A stretch of DNA of 64,000 bases from Candidatus Omnitrophota bacterium (GTDB taxonomy: Bacteria > Omnitrophota > Gorgyraeia > Duberdicusellales > 4484-171): contig WJJJ01000007.1 of the NCBI GenBank assembly GCA_014729775.1, positions 94,302 through 158,301 on the forward strand, in the 5' to 3' direction. This document shows, one piece after another, positions 10,422 to 20,881 of the stretch. Both the position numbers and the translations under genes were made by a program. The notes below the pieces were generated by a model. The model had not been told where the DNA came from. It did no database searches and worked only from the letters and a program-made list of their open reading frames with translations. Numbering within the stretch: position 1 is the stretch's first letter; the number at the start of each line of letters is the position of its first letter.

Positions 10422-11970
10422 GAAAAAACTGTTGGAGAGAAGCATCGAACAGTTGGTGACTCTGGGAAAAAAGAAAGGATATCTCACCTACGACGAGATT
10501 AATCACTTTCTTTCGGAAGACATTATAAACGCGCAGGAACTTGATGCGATCTTTAGCCGTCTCGATACTCAAAAGATATCCATTCTGGAAACAAGGGAAG
10601 TGCAGGAATGGGAGAAAGAGAAGGAAAAGAAGACGTCTTCCGAAGTGTCGCTGCCCATGGATGACCCGGTGAAAATGTACCTTAAGCAAATGGGACAGAT
10701 TCCTCTGTTGAGCCGGGAAGAGGAAGTGCGGCTGGCCCAGGAGATCGAAGAACGGGAGGAGGCTCTGCGTCAGGAGGTTTTTTCCACCGGGATCGCGCGG
10801 AACGCGTTTCTTGAAATCTCGCAAAAAATCATCCGGGAAGAATTGAATCCCGATGATTTCGTAAAGGGGGAGATCAAGAGCAAGGAAAAAGAGGTGCAGC
10901 GAATCCGGAAGTTGTATCAAAAACTGGTAAGAACGAAAAGGATCCCGCACCAGAAGAAAATCCTTCAGGAATACAACTTTACGATAGGGATTATCGATGA
11001 GATCATCCAGCTGATGAACCGTCTTTCTTCGGAAGCGGAACGGCTTCAAAGAAAGAGGAATCGTTTATTGTCGAACAACCGGAAAAGTAAAAAGCGTGAC
11101 CGGGAAGACCGGGCGCTCAGGAAACAGAGAAGGGAGCTTGCCAGAAAACTGGGATTCGGCACCGATGACGTGAAGAGCAAAATGAAGCTCGTGCACGACC
11201 GGCAGGGAGAGTATAACCGGGCGAAAAAGACGCTGGTCGAAGCAAATTTGCGGCTGGTGGTAAGTATTGCCAAGAAGTATGTCAACCGCGGTCTGTCTTT
11301 TCTCGATTTGATCCAGGAAGGGAACATCGGGTTGATCAAGGCGGTGGAAAAATTCGAATACAAACGGGGATATAAATTTTCCACGTACGCGACCTGGTGG
11401 ATCAGGCAGGCGATTACCCGAGCGATCGCGGACCAGGCGCGGACAATCAGGATCCCGGTGCATATGACCGAAACAATCAACAAGATCATCCGGATTTCCC
11501 GTCTGTTCATACAGGAAAAGGGGCGGGAGCCGACGCCGGATGAGTTATCCAAAGAGCTGAAACTGCCGATTAGCAAGATCAAAGACATTTTGAAGGTTTC
11601 CCAGCAGCCCATCTCGATCCATACGCCGATCGGAGATGACGGGGATACGTATTTCGGGGATTTTCTCGAAGACAAGAAAGCGGTCTCTCCGGCAAATGCC
11701 ACGGTGTTTTCAATGTTGAAGGAGGAGCTCGAGCAGGCGATGGACAGTCTTACCGATAGGGAACGCAAGATCCTTACGCTGAGATTCGGGCTCGAAGACG
11801 GAGCGCCCAAAACTCTCGAGGAAGTGGGCAGTATTTTTAAGGTGACGCGCGAACGGATCCGGCAGATAGAATCAAAGGCGTTGAAGAAACTGCGCCATCC
11901 CAGTCGATCCCGGCGGCTCCAGGCATTTTTGGAGCTTACGCTGTTTAAAGGGAAATACCGTCCTTCCTGA
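10414..11970 (+). CDS. rpoD: RNA polymerase primary sigma factor (sigma-70)
   Basis: Regions 1.1-4 recognisable ([11 protein letters not shown], region 2 [42 protein letters not shown], region 4 TLEEVG...TRERIRQIE). 8-nt overlap with dnaG. Confidence 0.95.
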   Translation: MGKKKLLERSIEQLVTLGKKKGYLTYDEINHFLSEDIINAQELDAIFSRLDTQKISILETREVQEWEKEKEKKTSSEVSLPMDDPVKMYLKQMGQIPLLSREEEVRLAQEIEEREEALRQEVFSTGIARNAFLEISQKIIREELNPDDFVKGEIKSKEKEVQRIRKLYQKLVRTKRIPHQKKILQEYNFTIGIIDEIIQLMNRLSSEAERLQRKRNRLLSNNRKSKKRDREDRALRKQRRELARKLGFGTDDVKSKMKLVHDRQGEYNRAKKTLVEANLRLVVSIAKKYVNRGLSFLDLIQEGNIGLIKAVEKFEYKRGYKFSTYATWWIRQAITRAIADQARTIRIPVHMTETINKIIRISRLFIQEKGREPTPDELSKELKLPISKIKDILKVSQQPISIHTPIGDDGDTYFGDFLEDKKAVSPANATVFSMLKEELEQAMDSLTDRERKILTLRFGLEDGAPKTLEEVGSIFKVTRERIRQIESKALKKLRHPSRSRRLQAFLELTLFKGKYRPS

Positions 11971-12000
11971 TCATACCCTGTATCTTCTCCTGCGCGAAAT

Positions 12001-12024
12001 CCGCGGCCCGCGGACGGGTTTTTC
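12001..12024 (+). terminator. Weak intrinsic-terminator-like hairpin after rpoD
   Basis: ccgcg-gcc-cgcgg stem followed by acgggTTTTTcc. Short stem and short U-tract, so marginal. Confidence 0.25.
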
Positions 12025-12026
12025 CT

Positions 12027-12054
12027 TTGCATTGGATTTTTTTTGAATTATAAT
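12027..12054 (+). promoter_or_regulatory. Sigma70-like promoter TTGCAT-16-TATAAT, 7 nt upstream of the TrpB2 ATG (candidate leaderless start)
   Basis: TTGCAT at 12027-12032, TATAAT at 12049-12054, ATG at 12062. No SD is possible in the 7-nt gap. Confidence 0.4.
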
Positions 12055-12061
12055 AAATTTT

Positions 12062-13411
12062 ATGAATGAATACACAATTCCTCTTTCGGAACGGGAACTT
12101 CCGCGTGAATGGTATAACATCCAGGCCGATCTTCCCTTTGAGGTTCCCCGTCCGGTGCATCCCCTGACGCATATGCCGTTGAAGAAAGAGGATTTGCGCC
12201 CTCTGTTCCCCGATGTCCTCATTGACCAGGAATTTACCGGAAAAAAATGGGTCCGGATACCCGCGCCGGTGCGCGATGCCTACCGGTTATGGCGGCCCAC
12301 GCCGTTGAAACGCGCCCGCCGGCTGGAAAAGCAGCTGAAAACGACATGCCGGATCTATTACAAGGACGAGAGTGTGTCTCCGACCGGAAGCCATAAAACG
12401 AATACGGCGGTGGCACAGGCGTATTTCAACATGCGGCAGGGAGTGAAACGGCTTACTACTGAAACCGGAGCCGGTCAGTGGGGGGCGGCGCTCAGTTTTG
12501 CCTGCAACGTCTTTTCTCTGAAGTGCAGAGTGTTCATGGTGAAGGTGAGTTTTCATCAAAAACCGTTCCGAAAGTCACTGATGCATATTTGGGGATCGGA
12601 AGTATTCCCTTCTCCGTCACATTTGACGGCCAGCGGGAGAAAGATTCTGCAGGCTGACCCGCACTGTCAGGGGAGTTTAGGCATGGCGATCTCGGAAGCG
12701 GTGGAGGAAGCGGTGCATCACCGTGCGACGAAATATTCGTTGGGGAGCGTGCTCAATCACGTGTTGCTGCATCAGACGGTAATCGGGATGGAAGCGAAAA
12801 AACAGCTCAAGCGAGCCGGGGAAACGCCTGATTATCTTATCGGGTGCGTAGGCGGAGGAAGTAACTTCGGGGGATTTGTGTTCCCTTTCCTGGCGGAGGT
12901 GCTCAGGAAGAAAAAAATTCGGGTGATCGCCACTGAGCCGACCGCTTGTCCCACGCTCACTAAGGGGCTCTATAAATATGATTTCGGCGATACCTCCTGT
13001 CTGACCCCGCTGATCAAAATGTACACGCTCGGGCATGGATTCGTGCCGCCGGGAATTCATTCCGGAGGGCTGCGGTATCACGGCTGTTCTTCCCTGGTGA
13101 GCGCGCTGCGGTCTCATAAAATCATTGAAGCGCGGGCGTTCCATCAAACCGCGGTTTTCAAAGCGGCGGTCTTGTTCGCCAAAACTGAAGGGATCGTCCC
13201 CGCGCCTGAGTCCGCACACGCGGTGAAAGCCGCCGTTGACGTGGCGCGGAAAGAAAAGAATAAAACGATCGTATTTAATCTCAGCGGGCACGGATTTTTG
13301 GACTTGTCTTCGTATGACAAATTTCTGAAAGGGGAATTAAAGGATTTTGCCTATCCGGTCAGTAAAATAAAGAAGGCATTGAAAGAGGTTCCCGCTTCCG
13401 AAAATGGATAA
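12062..13411 (+). CDS. TrpB-like PLP-dependent enzyme, TrpB2 subfamily (tryptophan synthase beta-like)
   Basis: 449 aa. PLP-lysine context [16 protein letters not shown] glycine loop, and TrpB2-type N-terminal extension. Distinct from the canonical trpB at 62.6 kb. Confidence 0.75.
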   Translation: MNEYTIPLSERELPREWYNIQADLPFEVPRPVHPLTHMPLKKEDLRPLFPDVLIDQEFTGKKWVRIPAPVRDAYRLWRPTPLKRARRLEKQLKTTCRIYYKDESVSPTGSHKTNTAVAQAYFNMRQGVKRLTTETGAGQWGAALSFACNVFSLKCRVFMVKVSFHQKPFRKSLMHIWGSEVFPSPSHLTASGRKILQADPHCQGSLGMAISEAVEEAVHHRATKYSLGSVLNHVLLHQTVIGMEAKKQLKRAGETPDYLIGCVGGGSNFGGFVFPFLAEVLRKKKIRVIATEPTACPTLTKGLYKYDFGDTSCLTPLIKMYTLGHGFVPPGIHSGGLRYHGCSSLVSALRSHKIIEARAFHQTAVFKAAVLFAKTEGIVPAPESAHAVKAAVDVARKEKNKTIVFNLSGHGFLDLSSYDKFLKGELKDFAYPVSKIKKALKEVPASENG

Positions 13412-13700
13412 CAAAGATCAGGCACAGCACAAAGTGGAACAGATCGCCCGCCTTGCGCGCATCGAGATCACGGAAGATGAGCGCCGGTCCTTGGGCGGGC
13501 AGTTTGCGCAGATACTCGAGTATGTCGATGCACTGAAGCAGGTGCCGGTAGAGGGAGTGCCCCCGATGCGCGGTCTGCATAAAAATGACGCGGCGACTCG
13601 AGAGGATCGCGTGGTTCCCAGCGCGCTGCCTCCGGAAATTCTACGCAATGCTCCTGCCCGGAAAGACGGAATGTTCAAAATCCCGAAAGTGATCGAATAG
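13404..13700 (+). CDS. gatC: Asp/Glu-tRNA amidotransferase subunit C
   Basis: 98 aa with GatC-like sequence ([16 protein letters not shown]...[11 protein letters not shown]). Lies upstream of gatA-gatB and overlaps the TrpB2 gene by 8 nt. Confidence 0.8.
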   Translation: MDNKDQAQHKVEQIARLARIEITEDERRSLGGQFAQILEYVDALKQVPVEGVPPMRGLHKNDAATREDRVVPSALPPEILRNAPARKDGMFKIPKVIE

Positions 13701-13710
13701 ACCAAAGAGA

Positions 13711-15153
13711 ATGAAAGAGTTTACCGAAATGTCCGGGGTTAAACTAGCCCGGTTGATCGCTGAGCACGAACTTGATGAGGTCCAAGTGGGAACAGCCAGT
13801 GCCGCCCGTAGCCGCGCGATGGACGCGGACTTGAATTGTTTTATTTCCGTGTATCCCCAGCCGATAAAGGGCGAGGGGGATTCTGCCCTTCGCGGGGTTC
13901 CCGTTGCCCTGAAGGATAATATCAGTGTCCGGGGCAAGCCGCTTACCTGCGCCTCAAAGATTTTGTCCGGATATACGGCACCTTACGACGCGACCGTGAC
14001 CGTCCGTTTAAAACAGGCCGGGCTGCAGATTATCGGATCCACGAACATGGATGAATTTGCGTTCGGCTCATCCACGGAGAATTCTTGTTACGGTCCGACT
14101 GCAAATCCCTGGGATACGGGGCGCGTGCCCGGCGGGTCCAGCGGCGGTTCTGCGGCGGCGGTCGCGGCGCGGCTGGTTCCCTGCGCGCTGGGTTCGGATA
14201 CCGGCGGATCGATCCGTCAGCCGGCCGCCTTATGCGGAGTGGTGGGAATGAAACCGACCTACGGAAGGGTATCCCGCTATGGACTGGTGGCGTTTGGTTC
14301 CAGCCTGGACCAGATCGGGCCTTTTACGACTAATTTCGAGGACTGTGCTCATTTGCTGAATGTGCTTTGCGGTGCTGATCCGCGGGATTCTACCTGCGCT
14401 TCCGTCGCGGTTCCGGACTTTACCGCGGTGCTGAATTCAGGGGTAAAGGGATTGACAATAGGGATTCCCCGCGAATACTATGCCGACGGTCTGGATTCGC
14501 AGGTGCGTGCTGCGCTGGAGGAAGTGCAAGAGGTATTCGCCGCGCAGGGCGCGCGGTGCGTTCCGGTCAGCCTTCCCCATACGCGATATGCGGTCGCGGC
14601 GTATTATATTATCGCCTCTTCGGAAGCGAGTTCCAATTTGCAGCGGTTTGACGGGATTCGCTACGGCCGCCGCGTTCCCAGGGATTCACTGGGAGAGGTG
14701 TACGGATATTCCCGCGGGAGCGGGTTCGGAGCAGAATCAAAACGCCGGATATTCCTCGGTACGTACTGTCTTTCCAGCGGCTACTATGACGCCTATTATA
14801 TACGGGCGCTCAAAGTGCGGACCTTGATCCGCCGGGATTTCGAACAGGCGTTTACCCAGGCGGACGTACTGCTTACTCCCACTACGCCCGCGCCCGCGTT
14901 CCTCCGCGGGGAAAAAACCGGTGATCCTCTGCAGATGTATTTATCCGATGTCTTCACCAGTTCCGCCAATCTTGCCGGTGTGCCCGCGGTTTCGTTTCCC
15001 TGCGGATATACGCGGGAAGGGTTGCCTGTCGGCGCGCAGTTGATCGGCAGGGCATTTGACGAAGAAACGCTGATCCGCGCCGGGAACGCGTATCAGCAGC
15101 ACACCGCGTTTCATGCGCGGATTCCGGAGAAATATGGACCAGAATCAGTTTGA
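13711..15153 (+). CDS. gatA: Asp/Glu-tRNA amidotransferase subunit A (amidase signature)
   Basis: Amidase signature [13 protein letters not shown]...[13 protein letters not shown]. 480 aa. Confidence 0.9.
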   Translation: MKEFTEMSGVKLARLIAEHELDEVQVGTASAARSRAMDADLNCFISVYPQPIKGEGDSALRGVPVALKDNISVRGKPLTCASKILSGYTAPYDATVTVRLKQAGLQIIGSTNMDEFAFGSSTENSCYGPTANPWDTGRVPGGSSGGSAAAVAARLVPCALGSDTGGSIRQPAALCGVVGMKPTYGRVSRYGLVAFGSSLDQIGPFTTNFEDCAHLLNVLCGADPRDSTCASVAVPDFTAVLNSGVKGLTIGIPREYYADGLDSQVRAALEEVQEVFAAQGARCVPVSLPHTRYAVAAYYIIASSEASSNLQRFDGIRYGRRVPRDSLGEVYGYSRGSGFGAESKRRIFLGTYCLSSGYYDAYYIRALKVRTLIRRDFEQAFTQADVLLTPTTPAPAFLRGEKTGDPLQMYLSDVFTSSANLAGVPAVSFPCGYTREGLPVGAQLIGRAFDEETLIRAGNAYQQHTAFHARIPEKYGPESV

Positions 15154-16567
15154 GACCGTTATAGGACTTGAGGTTCACGTGCAGTTGCGCACCGAATCTA
15201 AGATATTCTGCGCCTGCTCTACGGAGTTCGCCCAGCCGCCGAACACGAATGTGTGTCCGGTATGCGCGGGGTATCCGGGAGTACTGCCGGTGTTGAACCG
15301 CGCGGTATTGGCGCTCGCGGTACGCGTGGCTTCCGCCTTTGGCTGTACCGTGCAGGAATCGATATATTTCGAACGGAAAAATTATTTTTATCCGGATCTC
15401 CCAAAAAATTACCAGATCTCTCAATATAAAGTTCCCTTGGGGAAAAACGGCGGGGTGGAACTTGAAACCGGCCGCACGATTTGTGTCGAACGGGTGCATC
15501 TGGAAGAAGACGCGGGGAAGCTTACGCATAAAGAAGGGGGTTCTCTGGTGGATTTAAACCGGGCCGGGACCCCTCTTCTGGAAATCGTCTCCATGCCCGA
15601 TATCCGGTCTCCCCGGGAAGCGTTCGAGTATTTACGGACTCTGAAAATGATTTTACAGTATATCGAAGCGTCGGATTGTGATATGGAAAAGGGTTCGCTT
15701 CGCTGTGACGCCAATATCTCATTGCGCCGGAGAGGAGAAGAACGGCTGGGAACGAAAGTCGAATTAAAGAACATGAATTCTTTTCGGGGGGTTCGGGATG
15801 CGCTTACGCATGAACAGGAACGGCAGAAAGAGGTGCTGTGCGCCGGACGAACAGTGGTCCAGGAAACGCGGTTATGGAATGTGGACCGTCAGCGCACAGA
15901 GTCGATGCGTACCAAGGAAGAAGCACATGATTACCGGTATTTTCCCGATCCCGATCTTCCCGATTTTTCCGTTCCGGATGAGCTCATCGCCAGGGAAGCG
16001 GCCCGGGTCGGCGAATTGCCGTTGGCGAGAAAGAAGCGGTTTGCCGAGCGTTATTCCCTTGACGAGGGGCAGCTCGAAGTGTTGGTCGGACAGAAAGCGC
16101 TGGGAGATTTCTTCGAAGCCGCGCTTAAATATTATTCACAGCCGCGCGAAATCGCGAAATGGATTATCGGTCCGTTCCTGGAACAGGTCAATGCTCTCCC
16201 ACAGGGGATGCGAGGGGTAAGTATTTCTTCCCAAAACTTCGCAAAGATAGTACAATACTTCTCTGAAGGGAAATTGAATAATCTCGCGGCCAAGAAAGTC
16301 CTTGCGACCGCGGTCCTGTCGACGCAAGACGTCGATGAGATTATCCGGGAACAGGGACTCGAACAAATTTCCGGCGAGGACGAACTTGCCGGATATGTGC
16401 GGGATATTATCAGTGAGCAGCAGGAGGCGGTTTCCCAGTATTTATCGGGAAAAACTCAAGCAGTCATGTTTTTGGTCGGACAAGTGATGAAAAAAACGCG
16501 GGGAAACGCCAATCCCAAAAAAGTAAAAGCTTTATTCGAAAAAGAACTGGAGAAAAAACGGTCCTGA
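15134..16567 (+). CDS. gatB: Asp/Glu-tRNA amidotransferase subunit B
   Basis: N-terminus [18 protein letters not shown] is typical of GatB. The internal ATG at 15134 is preferred over the ORF-track start at 15113. Overlaps gatA by 20 nt. Confidence 0.9.
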   Translation: MDQNQFETVIGLEVHVQLRTESKIFCACSTEFAQPPNTNVCPVCAGYPGVLPVLNRAVLALAVRVASAFGCTVQESIYFERKNYFYPDLPKNYQISQYKVPLGKNGGVELETGRTICVERVHLEEDAGKLTHKEGGSLVDLNRAGTPLLEIVSMPDIRSPREAFEYLRTLKMILQYIEASDCDMEKGSLRCDANISLRRRGEERLGTKVELKNMNSFRGVRDALTHEQERQKEVLCAGRTVVQETRLWNVDRQRTESMRTKEEAHDYRYFPDPDLPDFSVPDELIAREAARVGELPLARKKRFAERYSLDEGQLEVLVGQKALGDFFEAALKYYSQPREIAKWIIGPFLEQVNALPQGMRGVSISSQNFAKIVQYFSEGKLNNLAAKKVLATAVLSTQDVDEIIREQGLEQISGEDELAGYVRDIISEQQEAVSQYLSGKTQAVMFLVGQVMKKTRGNANPKKVKALFEKELEKKRS

Positions 16568-16637
16568 GGAGGAGACGCTTCACTGTCTTCAAAAGAAGTG
16601 CGGGGGAAGTTGCGGAAATCAAAGGAGGAGCGCGCGC

Positions 16638-17849
16638 ATGAAAAGAAAAATAATCGCAGGGTTAGCTATAGTGACGGTTCTGTCTTCCTATTGGATAGGG
16701 TTTTCTCTCGGGACCGAGCAGGAAGACATATACGAAAAACTCGATATCTTCGCGGAAAGCATCGCGGTGATCGAGCGTAAATACGTGGAAGATAAGCAGA
16801 TGGAGGAATTGATTTACGGCGCGCTCGACGGCATGCTGCTGTCGCTCGATCCCTACAGTCAGTTTCTTACTCCCGACGATTATAAGGAATTGTTGGTGGA
16901 AACCGAAGGGAAATTCGGCGGGCTTGGAATAGAAATTACGATTCGCGACGGACTGCTTACCATTGTGTCCCCCATGGAAGGAACACCGGCCTGGGACGCC
17001 GGGCTGAAAGCCGGTGATGTCATCGTCAAAATCGAAGAGGAAGTGACGAAGGGGATTACCCTGTTGGATGCCGTAAAGAAACTGCGCGGGGAACCGGGCA
17101 CGGAAGTGACGATTACCGTTTTACGGGAGAAAACGCGCAATGTCGAAGACGTGACGATCACCCGCGGGATTATTAAAATTCAGGATATCAAAGGGGGGCA
17201 GATTCTGGAGGACGGCATCGGATACCTGAGGATCGCCGAGTTCCGGGAAACTACCCATAGAGATCTGGATAAAGTGCTGTCCCGTCTCGATCAAAAGGAA
17301 TTGAGAGGACTTATCGTGGATGTCCGCAACAATCCCGGAGGATTGCTGGATTCGGCGGTAAGGGTGTCCAGCCGGTTTCTTGAGGCCGGAGCGCGGATCG
17401 TATCCACGAAAGCCCGCGGAGAAAAAGAACGGACCTATGATGCGGTCAGCGGCGGCTCGAAGATATTGGGGGTGCCGATGGTCGTGCTGATCAATAAAGG
17501 AAGCGCATCCGGCAGTGAGATCCTCGCCGCGGCACTGCGTGACCATAACCGGGCGGTACTGCTCGGCGAAACCACCTTTGGGAAAGGTTCGGTGCAGACC
17601 ATTGTCCCTTTAAGCGACGGATCCGCCTTGCGCCTCACGACGGCAAAGTATTATACTCCGGCGGGAATCAGCATCCACGATAAAGGAATAGAGCCGGATA
17701 TTACCGTTGAAGAGAAGGAAATGGAAAGCGCCGAAGACGTGTTTAAAAAACTCCAGGAACAAAAGAATGATTTCGACTACAAAAAAGATTACCAGATTAT
17801 CCGCGCGCTTGATCTGATCAGGGGTATGCTGGTGCTCTCGCAACGATAA
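16638..17849 (+). CDS. ctpA: Carboxyl-terminal processing protease (S41 family) with PDZ domain
   Basis: Signal anchor, PDZ (GLKAGDVIVKIEE) and S41 catalytic region (LINKGSASGSEIL...GETTFGKGSVQ). Confidence 0.85.
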   Translation: MKRKIIAGLAIVTVLSSYWIGFSLGTEQEDIYEKLDIFAESIAVIERKYVEDKQMEELIYGALDGMLLSLDPYSQFLTPDDYKELLVETEGKFGGLGIEITIRDGLLTIVSPMEGTPAWDAGLKAGDVIVKIEEEVTKGITLLDAVKKLRGEPGTEVTITVLREKTRNVEDVTITRGIIKIQDIKGGQILEDGIGYLRIAEFRETTHRDLDKVLSRLDQKELRGLIVDVRNNPGGLLDSAVRVSSRFLEAGARIVSTKARGEKERTYDAVSGGSKILGVPMVVLINKGSASGSEILAAALRDHNRAVLLGETTFGKGSVQTIVPLSDGSALRLTTAKYYTPAGISIHDKGIEPDITVEEKEMESAEDVFKKLQEQKNDFDYKKDYQIIRALDLIRGMLVLSQR

Positions 17850-17851
17850 CG

Positions 17852-18841
17852 ATGTACGTGCTCGGCATCGAGACTTCTTGTGATGAGACTTCGTGCGGAG
17901 TCGTCCGGGGCCGGCATCTTTGTTCCCTGGTAACCCGTTCCTCTCTGCCCGCGCACAGGCAGTTCGGCGGGGTAGTGCCGGAAATCGCCACGCGCGCGCA
18001 TGTGCGGGTGATCGACCGGGTGTGCGCCGCAGCGATCGAGGACTGGGGCGGATCCCTCAATCAACTTTCCGCGATTGCGGCAACCGTCCGTCCCGGACTG
18101 ATCGGGTCCCTGGTCGTCGGAGTCAATTTCGCCAAGGCCCTGGCCCTGGCGCTTCGAAAACCATTCATCGGCGTGAATCATTTACACGCCCATCTTTTTG
18201 CTCCGTTCATCAACGCGCCTGAGCCTCCCGAATTTCCCTTTCTGGGGATCGTCGTTTCCGGGGGGCATACCGATATTTACCGGGTGGATGATTTTGACCG
18301 CATTCAGCTCCTTGGCGGAACCGTTGACGATGCCTGCGGGGAGGTGTACGACAAAGTCGCGCGGACGTTCGGATTAGGGTATCCCGGCGGGCCGGTGATC
18401 GACAGACTTTTTGATCCCGCGGAAAAAAACGCCTTTCAGTTTAAATGCGGGCGTTCGGGGCTGGAGGTGAGTTTCAGCGGGATCAAGACCGCGCTGGTGT
18501 ACGCGCACCGGGAATATGCGGACCGGGGCGGGTTGGACCAGAAGACGGTGGTGCGGCTGATGTCTTCTTTTCAGGAATCCCTCGTATCCACGCTCGTCGA
18601 AGTGCTTCGGGAAGCGGTCCGCCGCAGCGGGCTCTCGACTGTGGTCTGTGGGGGGGGCGTGACGGCCAACCGCTATTTAAGAACGCGGCTGAAAGAATGC
18701 GCTTCTGAATTCAAGGCGGTATTGCCTCCTATGGAGTATACCGCCGATAACGCTGCGGGAGTTGCAGGATTAGGATTTTACCTGTATAATGAGAAAAATT
18801 ACGTTTCTCCGCTGTCATTAGAGGCGGAGAGCCGGGGGTAA
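17852..18841 (+). CDS. tsaD: tRNA N6-adenosine threonylcarbamoyltransferase
   Basis: MYVLGIETSCDETS N-terminus and Kae1/TsaD His motif (VNHLHAHL...GGHTD). Confidence 0.9.
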   Translation: MYVLGIETSCDETSCGVVRGRHLCSLVTRSSLPAHRQFGGVVPEIATRAHVRVIDRVCAAAIEDWGGSLNQLSAIAATVRPGLIGSLVVGVNFAKALALALRKPFIGVNHLHAHLFAPFINAPEPPEFPFLGIVVSGGHTDIYRVDDFDRIQLLGGTVDDACGEVYDKVARTFGLGYPGGPVIDRLFDPAEKNAFQFKCGRSGLEVSFSGIKTALVYAHREYADRGGLDQKTVVRLMSSFQESLVSTLVEVLREAVRRSGLSTVVCGGGVTANRYLRTRLKECASEFKAVLPPMEYTADNAAGVAGLGFYLYNEKNYVSPLSLEAESRG

Positions 18842-18842
18842 T

Positions 18843-19268
18843 ATGGGGGTAGTATCGACCGCGATTCGTCTCATAGTGGCGTTTCTCTGCGGTTCTCTTC
18901 TCGGATTTGAACGGGAACGGAAATCGCGGGAAGCGGGATTGAGGACGCATATTCTGGTATGTGTCGGGTCCGCGCTTTTTATGCTGATTTCGCTCCATGT
19001 CTATGAAGCATATCCGGAAGCCGACTCTCTCGACCCATCCCGGATCGCGGCCGGGGTGGTGACCGGGATCGGTTTCCTGGGAGCGGGGACCATCATCCGC
19101 AGTCAGGAAGGGATCCGCGGACTCACGACCGCGGCAAGTGTGTGGATGAGTTCGGCGATCGGTCTCGCCGTCGGGTCCGGGTATTACATTGCCGCGATCA
19201 TCGCTACGGTTATCGCCTATCTGTGTTTGTCTTCATTAAAGCGGGTTGAAAAGAGATTCGAACGATAA
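18843..19268 (+). CDS. MgtC/SapB family membrane protein
   Basis: 141 aa. LGFERERKSREAGLRTH motif and hydrophobic helices typical of MgtC/SapB. Confidence 0.7.
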   Translation: MGVVSTAIRLIVAFLCGSLLGFERERKSREAGLRTHILVCVGSALFMLISLHVYEAYPEADSLDPSRIAAGVVTGIGFLGAGTIIRSQEGIRGLTTAASVWMSSAIGLAVGSGYYIAAIIATVIAYLCLSSLKRVEKRFER

Positions 19269-19330
19269 AAGGAAACGAAGAGAAGGGGCTTTACAAGGCG
19301 AAGTTCCCGTGTAATTGAGGAGGTGGAGCG

Positions 19331-19819
19331 GTGGCGCGAAAAAGAGAAGAGAAGATCCTGGACGTCAATGCCACGATGCAGGGAAGTTTGGTGTTTTCCG
19401 ACCCGGTAAATTTACGGATAAACGGCCAGTTTGAAGGGACGCTTACCACCCGCGGAAATTTAATCATCGGAAAAAGCGCGCGGGTAACCGCAAACATCCG
19501 GGGAGAGAATATCGTGATCGGCGGTAAGGTGAAAGGGGATATTCAATCGACGAAAACCGTCGCGTTGACCGCAACCGCTCAGATATTCGGAGATATTATG
19601 ACTCCCAAGATCGCGATTGAAGAAGGCGCGGTGTTCAACGGAAATTGTTCCATGCGGGAAGGGAAAATCACGTTGGTCGAACTTTCCGATTATCTTTCCG
19701 TTGATGAGTCAAAGATCATGGAATGGGTGAATAACGGACGGATTCCCGTGGAGAGTTCTTCCGACGGACTGCTGTTTGACCGCCATGAAGTAGAATCCTG
19801 GATAAGCCAAAATTCATGA
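19331..19819 (+). CDS. Bactofilin-domain protein with C-terminal helix-turn-helix (HTH_17/excisionase-like) domain; GTG start
   Basis: Beta-helical bactofilin repeats (NLRINGQFEGTLTTRGNLIIGKSARVTANIRGENIVIGGKVKGDI...) followed by an MerR/excisionase-like HTH. GAGGAGG RBS before the GTG start. Confidence 0.6.
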   Translation: MARKREEKILDVNATMQGSLVFSDPVNLRINGQFEGTLTTRGNLIIGKSARVTANIRGENIVIGGKVKGDIQSTKTVALTATAQIFGDIMTPKIAIEEGAVFNGNCSMREGKITLVELSDYLSVDESKIMEWVNNGRIPVESSSDGLLFDRHEVESWISQNS

Positions 19820-20142
19820 TTTCCGCAAAGAGGTCCGCGATGAAAGAGAAGTTGTTAACTACACGCGAAGCGTCGCAGCAACTGAAGCTTTCGGAAAAAG
19901 AACTGATTGATCTGGCCCGTACGGGTTTAATCCCTCATTTTAAACTCGGCGGGGAATTCCTGCGGTTCAAGCAACAGGACATTGTCCGGATCCGCCGGGA
20001 GATCAAAAAATACAATCTGCCGCACAGAAAAGTGCAGAGATGGGAAAGAATAAAAGAATTTCTCTATTTTCACGATTTCTATCTTATTGCCTCGGCGCTG
20101 ATCATCGGCTTGCTGTGGATTTTGATCCGGGATTTTTCCTAA
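19816..20142 (+). CDS. HTH_17-type DNA-binding protein with C-terminal transmembrane anchor
   Basis: N-terminal HTH (LLTTREASQQLKLSEKELIDLARTG). C-terminal hydrophobic segment FYLIASALIIGLLWILI. 4-nt ATGA overlap with the upstream gene. Confidence 0.5.
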   Translation: MISAKRSAMKEKLLTTREASQQLKLSEKELIDLARTGLIPHFKLGGEFLRFKQQDIVRIRREIKKYNLPHRKVQRWERIKEFLYFHDFYLIASALIIGLLWILIRDFS

Positions 20143-20369
20143 TGCCTCCTTATGCGATCCTGCTTTTTCTCTGGAAATTTATTCCCGCAATGGTATAATA
20201 ACCACTTGATTTTTCCGGCAGGAGACGACACGAATCCCTGATGATTTCGAGAAAGAAGATCGCGTGTCAGACGGTGAGACTGTCCGTGCGCGGTACGCTC
20301 ATTGAACAAACGGTCCCCTTGGCAGGTGCCGGTATTTTGCGGCGGGGGGCCTGGTCGTTTTCTTTTTGC

Positions 20370-20443
20370 GGCGGTGTAGCTCAGGCTGGCAGAGCAAACG
20401 GCTCATACCCGTTTTGTCGGTGGTTCAAGTCCACTCGCCGCCA
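20370..20443 (+). tRNA. tRNA with CAT anticodon (elongator tRNA-Met or tRNA-Ile2-lysidine type; not initiator-like)
   Basis: Manual fold: acceptor GGCGGTG/CGCCGCC with a G1-C72 pair, D-arm GCTC/GAGC, anticodon loop CTCATAC, T-arm GGTGG-TTCAAGT-CCACT. 74 nt, no encoded CCA. Confidence 0.85.
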
Positions 20444-20498
20444 CGTTTTTTTCCGGAGGAAGGGAGCGGTGAAAGCGAAGAGGAAAAGGAGGGAATAA

Positions 20499-20768
20499 AT
20501 GGAAGTCCGTGTGGAAAAACCCGATCAAAACACGCTTGCGCAGTTGAACGTATCAGCCTGGCCTATTTGGGAGAAGCAAGAGAGTACCTTTGAGTGGAGT
20601 TACCCCCAGCAGGAAATCTGTTATCTGCTTGAAGGACGCGCCGAAGTCACCTTGCCTTCAGGAGAAAAGGTTGCCTTTGGGGAGGGCGACCTGGTCACAT
20701 TCCCCCAGGGGCTTGACTGTACCTGGCATATCATTCAAAAGGTCCGCAAGCATTATCAGCTTGGCTGA
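20499..20768 (+). CDS. Small cupin-domain protein (DUF861/cupin_3-like)
   Basis: 89 aa with a good GGAGGG RBS. Sequence resembles single-domain cupins. Confidence 0.5.
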   Translation: MEVRVEKPDQNTLAQLNVSAWPIWEKQESTFEWSYPQQEICYLLEGRAEVTLPSGEKVAFGEGDLVTFPQGLDCTWHIIQKVRKHYQLG

Positions 20769-20817
20769 CCGGACCGCATATCTCGCAAATCCTGCTTAGT
20801 GATGACCTCATTCCCTA

Positions 20818-20845
20818 TTGACTTTTTTTTAAATGTTAGTAAAAT
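20818..20845 (+). promoter_or_regulatory. Sigma70-like promoter (TTGACT-16-TAAAAT) in the AT-rich region upstream of the biosynthetic cluster
   Basis: TTGACT at 20818-20823, TAAAAT at 20840-20845. Followed by a ~110-nt leader that contains a perfect 12-bp palindrome. Confidence 0.4.
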
Positions 20846-20869
20846 TTTAATAATCAAATTTTATCTTCC

Positions 20870-20881
20870 CTCTCGAGAGAG
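20870..20881. promoter_or_regulatory. Perfect 12-bp palindrome CTCTCGAGAGAG in the cluster leader (candidate operator)
   Basis: Read directly from the sequence. Located about +25 relative to the predicted -10, upstream of the AMP-ligase start. Confidence 0.3.

Noticed and set aside
8769-12032. Long minus-strand ORFs (8769-9812, 10378-11049, 11046-12032) antisense to dnaG and rpoD
   Set aside because: dnaG and rpoD are unambiguous on the plus strand. The antisense ORFs have no recognisable domains.
12043-12054. TTGAAT directly abutting TATAAT upstream of TrpB2 as a -35/-10 pair
   Set aside because: The spacer would be 0 nt. The better -35 is TTGCAT at 12027-12032, with a 16-nt spacer.
20241-20498. 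85-aa ORF spanning the tRNA(CAT) gene
   Set aside because: It overlaps a confidently folded tRNA and is Arg/Gly-rich low-complexity.
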